61,938 bases of DNA from an uncultured Planctomycetia bacterium (GTDB taxonomy: Bacteria; Omnitrophota; Gorgyraeia; Duberdicusellales; 4484-171), in the NCBI GenBank assembly GCA_964629655.1, contig CAZVQU010000003.1:83613-145550 (forward strand). The letters run 5' to 3'. The notes below the pieces were generated by a model, which was not told the origin of the DNA, searched no databases, and was given only the letters and a program-made list of their open reading frames with translations. How positions within the stretch are numbered: position 1 is the stretch's first letter; each line of letters starts with the position of its first letter. Positions 1 to 6,695 of this stretch are shown here, piece by piece. The position numbers were made by a program, and so were the translations under genes.

Positions 1-2
1 AA

Positions 3-1073
3 TTGGCTTTTTTTACGGGAAGGCAAGTTCTTCAGGAAGATTTAGGTATAAGAAATTTAAAGGACGCAATATTACAAGCAAAAATCGAGTGGATAAAAGC
101 AAAGAGGTACGACAAATTAGTTAATGTTGTTACCGCGGATTCTCCAATTCCATTCGATTTGAGAAAAATATGGCTTGATTTTTTTGTAAAAGAATTTGCA
201 ACCTATACAACTAAAGAAAGAGATGTTATTGATTGGCCTGAGAGTGGAAGAGGGAATAAAGACAAAATGATTCCCCCATCTTTTAAACCTCCTGGAACAG
301 GTTCAGCTGCTCCATTTAATCGATTACCGGGTCTGGGGACGGGGACAGCTAGTATTTTGGAAAAAATCAGGACTAGATGCTTGGATCGCAATTATTCATT
401 TTTATTTGGCAGTAGCGGGGATGAGGTGTTAAAAATTGACCTGGATCAATTAGTTAAGGAGTGGGTTGAAGGTCCGAATATAACAGTTCTTGATTTAAAT
501 GGAATTCCGTCTGATGTTGTTGATGTATCCGTTGGTGCTCTGTCGCGCTTATTTTTTGATTTATGGCGTTGGGGCAGGTCTGAAAAGGGTGTCGGTAAGA
601 ATCGGCCAATTTATTTAGTATTTGATGAGGCGCACTTATATTTAAGTGATTCAAAATATGGCTTTAATACCGGGTCCGCTATACGTGGTGTTACTCGTAT
701 ACTAAGAGAAGGAAGGAAATATGGAGTAGGATCTCTTATCGTAAGTCAGCGTCCATCAGATATTAATCCAACCATCTTTAGCCAAATTGGAACTATAATA
801 TCGTTGCGTCTTAATAATTCAAGCGATTTAAGCATTGTAAAAGGGAGTCTATCTGATAATCTTTCAAATATCTCAGAAATCATTCCATCTTTACGAACTG
901 GTGAAGCTTTGATTTCTGGGGAAGCGACGCCGCTACCACTGAGAGCACGTTTTCGGGAAATTAAAGATCGAAAGCATGGGGCAGACGCAAGTATTATAGG
1001 GACATGGAATGTAAGTCCATCTGTTGAGGGAATAAAAAAAGCAATTGAACTTTGGCGCAGTCGAGGTAATTAA
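3..1073 (+). CDS. HerA-like (DUF87-type) P-loop ATPase, C-terminal ~356 aa; 5' end lies outside the window
   Basis: ORF is open at the window edge. 'PIYLVFDEAHLYL' (Walker-B-like) and 'GRKYGVGSLIVSQRPSDI' match my recollection of HerA/DUF87 ATPases. Confidence 0.7.
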   Translation: MAFFTGRQVLQEDLGIRNLKDAILQAKIEWIKAKRYDKLVNVVTADSPIPFDLRKIWLDFFVKEFATYTTKERDVIDWPESGRGNKDKMIPPSFKPPGTGSAAPFNRLPGLGTGTASILEKIRTRCLDRNYSFLFGSSGDEVLKIDLDQLVKEWVEGPNITVLDLNGIPSDVVDVSVGALSRLFFDLWRWGRSEKGVGKNRPIYLVFDEAHLYLSDSKYGFNTGSAIRGVTRILREGRKYGVGSLIVSQRPSDINPTIFSQIGTIISLRLNNSSDLSIVKGSLSDNLSNISEIIPSLRTGEALISGEATPLPLRARFREIKDRKHGADASIIGTWNVSPSVEGIKKAIELWRSRGN

Positions 1074-1085
1074 GGAGGGGTAATT

Positions 1086-1304
1086 ATGCCTAGCGAATGG
1101 TATTATTTTGAAGGTAGTACTCGTGTAGAATGTGCAAGAGTTGACCGCGAAATAAATATTTTGGATTTAAAATTTGTAAATGGACCTATTTGTCGTTACG
1201 ACGGTGCGGCTGACCATTACGATGGAATTATTTCTTGTGAATCGCCCGGGAGATATGTTCATAGTAACCTTAAAGGGTGGAGTTATACAATTGTTTATGA
1301 ATAG
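1086..1304 (+). CDS. KTSC-domain small protein
   Basis: 72 aa with an aggagg RBS just upstream, 12 nt after the HerA stop. 'ILDLKFVNGPICRYDG...ESPGRYVHSNLKG' resembles the KTSC pattern (L.V.F..G..Y.Y......S.G.Y...I). Confidence 0.5.
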   Translation: MPSEWYYFEGSTRVECARVDREINILDLKFVNGPICRYDGAADHYDGIISCESPGRYVHSNLKGWSYTIVYE

Positions 1305-1374
1305 TAAATTCGAATGAATAACTCCAGGTACACAATAGTTAACTTCAATACACAACATTTGAGGGCCATTAATA

Positions 1375-2127
1375 ATGTCTGATTATTATACTCCAAAGAG
1401 AAGAAAAAATTTGTATGAATCTGGGGGCTCAACTCCTTTTAAGCTTAGCCGTTCAAAAATAGAACTTTTTATGCAATGCCCACAATGCTTTTATCTAGAT
1501 AGACGACTAGGTGTAGGTAGGCCGCCAAGTTATCCATATACGCTAAATAGTGCCGTAGATGCATTGCTTAAAAAGGAATTCGATATTTTAAGAGAAAATA
1601 ACGAGGCACATCCTTTGATGAAAAAATATGGCATAGATGCAGTGCCAGCGAAGCATAATATGCTTAAAGAATGGCGAAATAATTTTAAAGGTGTGCAGAC
1701 ATTGCATAAGCCAACAAATTTACTTGTGTTTGGGGCTATTGATGATTTATGGCAGAATTCTCAAGGTGAATATCTCGTAGTGGATTATAAGTCAACAAGT
1801 AAAAATGAAGAAATCAGTGCTCTTGATAAAGATTGGCAGATTACCTATAAAAGACAAATGGAAATATATCAATGGTTAGTTCGCCGGAATGAATTACCAG
1901 TATCTAATACAGGGTATTTTGTGTATTGTAACGGAAAAACGGATATAGATAAGTTTGATGGAAAGCTAGAGTTCGATCTTACATTAATTGCTTATAATGG
2001 AAGTGATAACTGGGTTGAAAATAAGATTAAAGAGATTTATGCATGCATTCAAAGCGAGGTTGTTCCCGAAGCAGATAGCGACTGTGATTTTTGTCGGTAT
2101 AGAGCAGCTGTTAAAGAAGTGACTTAA
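1375..2127 (+). CDS. PD-(D/E)XK nuclease, Cas4/RecB-like with putative Fe-S cysteines
   Basis: Motifs 'IDDL', 'VVDYKS' (D..D-x-K) and 'QMEIYQW' (QxxxY). Cysteines 'CPQC' near the N-terminus and 'CX12CDFC' at the C-terminus, as in Cas4-type nucleases. Confidence 0.7.
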   Translation: MSDYYTPKRRKNLYESGGSTPFKLSRSKIELFMQCPQCFYLDRRLGVGRPPSYPYTLNSAVDALLKKEFDILRENNEAHPLMKKYGIDAVPAKHNMLKEWRNNFKGVQTLHKPTNLLVFGAIDDLWQNSQGEYLVVDYKSTSKNEEISALDKDWQITYKRQMEIYQWLVRRNELPVSNTGYFVYCNGKTDIDKFDGKLEFDLTLIAYNGSDNWVENKIKEIYACIQSEVVPEADSDCDFCRYRAAVKEVT

Positions 2128-2144
2128 CGGATAACATTAATCCC

Positions 2145-2228
2145 TTCCTTTCCTCGGCAATCGCAGTCGTCCGGCTTCATCCCGATAAATCGGGATTACG
2201 CATCGTCCTTTATGCGCTTGCCTTCACC
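2145..2228 (+). repeat. ~80-bp structured direct repeat, copy A (partner at 5698-5775)
   Basis: Hand alignment to 5698-5775. It shares 'ttcctttc', 'tcggcaRtcgcagtcgtccggcttca' and 'tcgtcctttRtgcgMttgcctt'. An outer 10-bp stem pairs ggcaatcgca with tgcgcttgcc. The inner hairpin is atcccgat-aa-atcgggat. Confidence 0.65.
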
Positions 2229-2246
2229 CACCCAAAGCCAATCTAT

Positions 2247-2258
2247 GGGGGGGGGGGG
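2247..2258 (+). repeat. G12 homopolymer tract
   Basis: Twelve consecutive G counted directly, 14 nt upstream of the -35 box of the higB promoter, in an otherwise AT-rich context. Confidence 0.9.
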
Positions 2259-2272
2259 CGAGGAAAAAGCCC

Positions 2273-2301
2273 TTGACAATTTATTATACTTGTGTTATAT
2301 T
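2273..2301 (+). promoter_or_regulatory. sigma70-like promoter for the higB operon
   Basis: TTGACA (2273-2278), 17-nt spacer, TATATT (2296-2301). A small palindrome AATAC-aaaa-GTATT at 2317-2330 in the leader could be an operator. Confidence 0.55.
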
Positions 2302-2347
2302 ACCAATATGGGAGCAAATACAAAAGTATTATATTTAGTGAACACAT

Positions 2348-2635
2348 ATGAAACTATTAGGCAAGCAAATATTGCACAATTTCAAGGGGCAGTATGCCGA
2401 TGCTCGATCGCAAATTGAGTCATGGGAAGCAGAAGTCGAGGTAGCCCAATGGACCACGCCTCACGATCTAAAAAGTAGGTATCCAAAAGCGAGCCTTTTA
2501 GGAGATCAATTAGTGGTTTTTAATATTTGTGGAAATAGGTATAGATTGTTAACTCAGGTTAACTACAGGAATGGGATGGTATTGGTAAAGAAGATTGGCG
2601 CACATAAAGAATATGATAATTGGAATATAAAGTAA
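2348..2635 (+). CDS. higB: type II toxin HigB (RelE-fold mRNA interferase)
   Basis: 95 aa. 'VVFNICGNRYRLLTQVNY...VLVKKIGAHKEYDNW' parallels E. coli HigB 'YVFNVGGNELRVVAMVFF...IREVMTHKEYDFF'. Confidence 0.85.
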   Translation: MKLLGKQILHNFKGQYADARSQIESWEAEVEVAQWTTPHDLKSRYPKASLLGDQLVVFNICGNRYRLLTQVNYRNGMVLVKKIGAHKEYDNWNIK

Positions 2636-2643
2636 AGGTAAGT

Positions 2644-3855
2644 ATGCGTAGAATTAAAGTTATAAAAACTGAACAAGACTACCAGGACGCACTCAAATTA
2701 GTCGCGGAACTAATGAGTTGTGATCCAGATCCAGGCTCTGTTGAGGGAGAACAGCTCAGTCTTCTTAGTGCTCTTATTCAGGATTACGAAGCACGAGCAT
2801 TTCCAAAGACGCTTCCTAATCCCATTGAGGCGATTAAATTTAGAATGGAGCAAGCTGGTCTTAAGCCAGTAGATTTGGTACCTTATATTGGTAGCAGAAG
2901 TAGAGTGTCAGAGATTCTTTTAGGTAAACGCCAATTAACTCTTGATATGGTTAGATCATTGTCTGGTGGGCTTGGAATTCCTGCAGAGGTACTTATAAAG
3001 AAACCAGACATGGAAGAAAATTCGGAATATCAGAGTTGGGATAAGCGTCTAGTTACAGAAATGGAAGCACGGGATTATTTTGGTAAAGATTCAAAGAAAT
3101 ATAATAAAGTCGAACTCCTTAAAAATTTCTTTTCAATAATTGATTCTCCTGCACAACTTGTTGGAATGACAAGAAAATCTAGTTATAGATCTTCGCCGCT
3201 TACAGACAAGCATGCATTAGCTGCTTGGGCTGTTTGCGTCCTTAAAAAGGCTAAGAAAGTAAAAATATCAAAGAAGTATAAACACGGTATTATCGATCTT
3301 AATTTCATGCAAAAGCTGGTAAAGTTAAGTGTGAAGGAAAATAGTCCCATATTGGCTCGGGAGTACCTGGAAAAGTACGGAATCGTATTAATAATTGAGC
3401 CTCACTTTTCTAAAACTTACTTGGATGGGGCAGCTATTCTAATCAATAAAAATAATCCAATTATCGGCTTAACTCTTAGATATGACCGATTAGACAATTT
3501 TTGGTTTACATTAATGCATGAATTGGCGCACATTATACGACATTACGATAGTGGTATTAGTTTCTTTTACGATGAAATCGAAGGAATAAAAATAGTGGAT
3601 ATAGACGAGAAGGAACGAGAAGCTGATGCATTAGCCGAAGAGGCTATCTTGCCAAGAGCAAAATGGGAAGTCAGTCCAGCTAGACTCGTCCCTTCTTCTA
3701 TGGCGGCAAGTAGCCTAGCCCGGGAGTTAGGAGTGCATGTAGCTATTATTGCTGGTCAGATTAGACATAAAGGCAACAAGTACGTTTACCTGAATAAAAT
3801 CGTGAATGAAGCAAAGGTTCAAAAGTACTTTCCTAATGTGGTGTGGAAGAAATAA
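2644..3855 (+). CDS. HigA-like XRE HTH antitoxin fused to an ImmA/IrrE (COG2856, M78) zinc-peptidase domain
   Basis: The N-terminus 'GSRSRVSEILLGKRQLTLDMVRSLSGGLGIPAEVL' matches the HigA HTH. The C-terminus has 'FTLMHELAHIIRH' (HEXXH) and 'EREADALAEEAILP'. I chose the ATG at 2644 (AAAGG RBS, 8 nt after the higB stop) over the ORF-track start at 2620. Confidence 0.8.
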   Translation: MRRIKVIKTEQDYQDALKLVAELMSCDPDPGSVEGEQLSLLSALIQDYEARAFPKTLPNPIEAIKFRMEQAGLKPVDLVPYIGSRSRVSEILLGKRQLTLDMVRSLSGGLGIPAEVLIKKPDMEENSEYQSWDKRLVTEMEARDYFGKDSKKYNKVELLKNFFSIIDSPAQLVGMTRKSSYRSSPLTDKHALAAWAVCVLKKAKKVKISKKYKHGIIDLNFMQKLVKLSVKENSPILAREYLEKYGIVLIIEPHFSKTYLDGAAILINKNNPIIGLTLRYDRLDNFWFTLMHELAHIIRHYDSGISFFYDEIEGIKIVDIDEKEREADALAEEAILPRAKWEVSPARLVPSSMAASSLARELGVHVAIIAGQIRHKGNKYVYLNKIVNEAKVQKYFPNVVWKK

Positions 3856-3856
3856 T

Positions 3857-4972
3857 ATGCTTAGCTCAAAACATTACGTCCCAATATTGAAGTGGAAGCA
3901 TGCCGAGCAAAGTGCTTTAGCGGCATTAACAGATGAATATAAGGATCGAATATCACCGCTTATAGAGCTTGTTATGCCGAAACCAAAAAATTTATTTAAA
4001 GATGAAGAGAAGAAAATTAGAAAAACTCGAGAAGAGTTGTTCCAGGAATTAATTGCAGGGTTTAGAATAAAAAGAATTTTTAAGATTCCAGAGGAGATAG
4101 TTAAATCTTGGGGTGCTAGATTAGTCTTTATAGATTTTAGTCTACTGTACACCGTTGAATTAAAGGTGGAAAGCATAAAAAAAATTTTAGAAAAAGCGGC
4201 AGAGCTTGGTGCGAGACTCATACCTATTTTAAATCTAAGTGATAGCGATGGAATTAAAAAGGAAATCAGACAAGCCTTCAAAAAGCATGGCAATGGAATC
4301 TGTCTTCGGATTGTCTCAGGTGATTTAGAAGATATAAACAAACTCAACGATAAGCTTGCTGCTATTTTACAATATTTTGATACGAGCCGTGGTAATGTCG
4401 ACCTGTTAGTTGACCTTAAAGAGAATGGTGCAAATTATCGCAAATACCTCGATTTTAGTCAGGAAATCAAGGCTTTAGCTAAATGGCGAAATTTCATCTT
4501 TGCGTGTGGCACATTTCCAGAAGACTTATCTGAGTGTAGAGTTGATGAGCCCAAGCTTATTTCCAGGGTTGAATGGACGAGTTGGCTAGATATAAAAGAT
4601 GAGCAAATAAAAAGGGTTCCGACCTTTGCAGATTACACGATAAGAAACCCGATCTACAATGAAACACTACAGTTTTATCATGCTACCTCTAGTATCAAGT
4701 ATGCACTTGAAAGCGATTGGCTTATTCTCAAGGGCAAGGTAAAACAATTTAAAATATATTTAGCTAATGCAGCTCTGCTAGTAAAAAACGAAAAATTTTA
4801 TGGAGAAGATTTCAGTAGTGGGGATAAGTTTATTGCTGAAAAAGCAAAACACTTCGAAATTTATATTAGAAATCCGAATGTGAAAGGTACGGGCAATACT
4901 CCGATGTGGCTTACAGCACTTATAAACCACCACTTGACATTAACGGCATATCAGATCGCCAATCTCCCCTAG
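3857..4972 (+). CDS. Beta-family protein (PF14350-like; sce7725-like)
   Basis: The N-terminus 'HYVPILKWKHAEQSALAAL....RISPLIELV' matches my recollection of the Beta_protein/sce7725 signature. The ATG at 3857 lies 1 nt after the upstream stop. The ORF-track start at 3806 would overlap the upstream gene. Confidence 0.6.
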   Translation: MLSSKHYVPILKWKHAEQSALAALTDEYKDRISPLIELVMPKPKNLFKDEEKKIRKTREELFQELIAGFRIKRIFKIPEEIVKSWGARLVFIDFSLLYTVELKVESIKKILEKAAELGARLIPILNLSDSDGIKKEIRQAFKKHGNGICLRIVSGDLEDINKLNDKLAAILQYFDTSRGNVDLLVDLKENGANYRKYLDFSQEIKALAKWRNFIFACGTFPEDLSECRVDEPKLISRVEWTSWLDIKDEQIKRVPTFADYTIRNPIYNETLQFYHATSSIKYALESDWLILKGKVKQFKIYLANAALLVKNEKFYGEDFSSGDKFIAEKAKHFEIYIRNPNVKGTGNTPMWLTALINHHLTLTAYQIANLP

Positions 4973-5567
4973 AAATTAGCAATGCATTCCTTACTTTTTC
5001 TTTAAGGGTATCTGTATCTAATACATCAGCTAGTCTTTGGTATATGAATTCGCGTGGTTTAGAGCGTACCCCCTTTGCCTTACTTCGCTCTTCTAAAATT
5101 TGTAGTGCCTCTTCTTTCCATAGTAATCGCGCTATAGAAACTCCGATCTGATCTTGATTAGTTTCGGCTTCACGAATAGTTTGAAAAAATATCTCATGGT
5201 TTGCGTCAATTTTTGCAACAATAACACCCCACCAGTCAGGTACGATGTTTATTGCATTATATAAATGACGTTTTCCGACAACTAAAGTCAACTTATCGAA
5301 GACATCATTGAATTCGTTCATCTGTTCTGGTAATCGACTAAGTGTGTCACGATCACTTTTTATTTCATATCCATGCATAACACCATTAATAACAGCAATA
5401 TCTATTCTTGCTGTTCCGTGTCGCACACCTAATTCTTCAAAGATTTCTGCAGGGCGTTCGTTTTCTGAACGGTATTCTTCCTGATCTTTATCTAAAATAT
5501 TTCGGAGGGCTGCTCGTATGATTTTATCGGTTGTTGAAACCATTTTATGAAAAGTTTTTATTTTCAT
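4920..5567 (-). CDS. sce7726-family / MmcB-like PD-(D/E)XK fold protein
   Basis: 'ELGVRHGTARIDIAVINGVMHGYEIKSDRDTLSRLPEQ...VFDKLTLVVGKRHL' gives a D...E-I-K core. It matches my recollection of the sce7726 family signature. Its 3' end overlaps the Beta-family gene by 53 nt, convergently. Confidence 0.65.
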   Translation of the reverse strand: MKIKTFHKMVSTTDKIIRAALRNILDKDQEEYRSENERPAEIFEELGVRHGTARIDIAVINGVMHGYEIKSDRDTLSRLPEQMNEFNDVFDKLTLVVGKRHLYNAINIVPDWWGVIVAKIDANHEIFFQTIREAETNQDQIGVSIARLLWKEEALQILEERSKAKGVRSKPREFIYQRLADVLDTDTLKEKVRNALLISRGDWRSDMPLMSSGGL

Positions 5568-5697
5568 ATGTTAGGGTTAAGGAAACTATCTAAATATATT
5601 TTAGCATAAGTTAAGAGGATATAAAACAATTTTCTATATTAAATATGAACAAAGGAAATCGATTTTAATTTTTAATTTTGGGAGCACAATGCCAATT

Positions 5698-5775
5698 TTC
5701 CTTTCTCGGCAGTCGCAGTCGTCCGGCTTCAATCTTTCGGATTTCCGCTTCGTCCTTTGTGCGATTGCCTTTTTT
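5698..5775 (+). repeat. ~80-bp structured direct repeat, copy B (partner at 2145-2228)
   Basis: Same conserved flanks as copy A. The outer stem ggcagtcgca/tgcgattgcc is retained with different internal bases. The central part is divergent and shorter. Confidence 0.65.
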
Positions 5776-5909
5776 CATCCTGAAAGACTATAACACACCT
5801 TTTAGAATTTTTTCGCCGCCGTAAAATCCTGAGAGAAATCGAAGGGCCGATATAAAATAAAAGAATTATGGTTTAGGAAGTTTTTGTGAGGGAGAGGACG
5901 CTGATACCT

Positions 5910-5935
5910 CTTATCGGCGTACGTGAGCCGATAAG
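5910..5935. other. perfect 9-bp stem hairpin inside a GC-rich non-coding patch
   Basis: cttatcggc-gtacgtga-gccgataag read directly. It lies in the 5890-6100 patch, which I hand-counted at about 62% G+C over 5941-6100. Confidence 0.6.
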
Positions 5936-6183
5936 TGGGAAGAAAAGCCGAATCGTATGCTATTGGCATCGCCGCGAAGCGAGCGGCCTAGCGAGCGCCA
6001 AGTGAGGACGAGCCCCAGCGAGGACGAACGAAGCCTACACCAATCACCAAGCCCACCGTAGCCGACGTTCAGGAGGTGAAGGCGGGCGGGGGCATCATTC
6101 AAGACTGTGCTAGCCTATCTAGTTCTGTCTGGAATACAGTAAAAAGGAAGGGTTTGGAGAATTTGTAAAGAAGGAACCAAGGG

Positions 6184-6249
6184 TCAGCCGAATGTGCGGA
6201 TGTAGATTTTTTTCGCCGAATCTTGAAAATTCTTTGATTTTTTTGACAT
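6184..6249 (-). pseudogene. decoy copy of the miaB start (leader plus codons 1-21, then TGA)
   Basis: The reverse complement is identical to miaB 11014-11078. It encodes MSKKSKNFQDSAKKIYIRTFG and then reaches a stop formed with the first base outside the repeat. Confidence 0.85.
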
Positions 6250-6360
6250 TTTTGATTTTTTTTCGCCTCCGAAAAGAGAAAATTAAATGGGCCAAAAAGA
6301 GAAACAGAGATTCTTTTCTCAAGCAAAGCCCCGCCGATGGCTGGGGCGATTTTGATGTTT
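6185..6360 (-). repeat. 176-bp inverted repeat, left copy (IR-L)
   Basis: Exact reverse complement of 10903-11078, checked by hand in 10-nt blocks with no mismatch. Identity breaks at 6184/11079 and at 6361/10902. Confidence 0.95.
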
Positions 6361-6477
6361 CCGTTCTATTCGCCTATCCGGCTCACAGTCCGTGCCCCAA
6401 CCTTTGGTTGTTGCTAAAAAGCAGCCGAAGAGAGAAGAACCCCACCCCCAAGATTTATTATCCCCCAAACAATCATC

Positions 6478-6506
6478 TTGACAAAAACTGTCAGAAAGTG
6501 TAGTAT
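6478..6506 (+). promoter_or_regulatory. sigma70-like promoter of the element operon
   Basis: TTGACA (6478-6483), 17-nt spacer, TAGTAT (6501-6506), 10 nt upstream of the HTH gene ATG. Confidence 0.6.
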
Positions 6507-6515
6507 AGCAGTGTT

Positions 6516-6692
6516 ATGAAAAGATATAATGCGAGTCAACTTGCCCGAGAGCTATGTATCGCAAGGCAAACACTTTACTATTGGATAGAGAAGGGATGGG
6601 TAAAGCCTAAACGCGATTATCGCAAGTATCCTGTCTTCACTGAGGAAGATGTCAAAAAAATAAAAGCGTGGCGAGATAAATTAGAGGAGTAA
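6516..6692 (+). CDS. MerR/excisionase-like HTH protein (58 aa), possible recombination directionality factor or regulator
   Basis: Not in the ORF track because it is under 60 aa. My translation is MKRYNASQLARELCIARQTLYYWIEKGWVKPKRDYRKYPVFTEEDVKKIKAWRDKLEE. This fits a MerR-type N-terminal HTH pattern (G.l.P.R....R.Y...D). Confidence 0.55.
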   Translation: MKRYNASQLARELCIARQTLYYWIEKGWVKPKRDYRKYPVFTEEDVKKIKAWRDKLEE

Positions 6693-6695
6693 AAA

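Noticed and set aside
2212-2418. 68-aa ORF from the six-frame track
   Set aside because: It spans the tail of repeat copy A, the G12 tract (read as GGGG) and the higB promoter, and it overlaps the higB start. It has no RBS and a low-complexity start, so it is most likely spurious.
3806-3856. ORF-track start of the Beta-family gene at 3806
   Set aside because: It overlaps the 3' end of the ImmA-fusion gene by 50 nt in another frame. The family-typical N-terminus (HYVPILKWK) follows the ATG at 3857.
2145-5775. Calling the two ~80-bp repeats integron attC sites
   Set aside because: No IntI-type tyrosine recombinase is in the window. I see no RYYYAAC/GTTRRRY cores. The enclosed unit has four genes on both strands, which is atypical for a cassette. 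I kept it only as a hypothesis to test.
5803-5829. Possible third, degenerate copy of part of the inverted repeat (tagaattttttcgccg versus tagatttttttcgccg)
   Set aside because: Only a T-rich 16-mer with one mismatch matches, and similarity collapses on both sides. By a rough estimate such a match is not improbable by chance in a window this size.
5890-6100. GC-rich patch considered as a group II intron domain V, tmRNA, RNase P RNA or SRP RNA
   Set aside because: I could not find the conserved cores I know for these RNAs on either strand. Examples are the DV AGC-triad hairpin with a GNRA loop, GAGGAAAGUCC for RNase P, and GGAAGCAGCC for SRP. No reverse transcriptase ORF is nearby.
6099-6503. 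ORFs 6099..6326(-), 6119..6322(-) and 6192..6503(+), with their mirror images 10655..11071(-) and 10941..11129(+)
   Set aside because: They are identical peptides produced by reading the 176-bp inverted repeat in several frames. Only the miaB frame and possibly the recombinase tail have a rationale.
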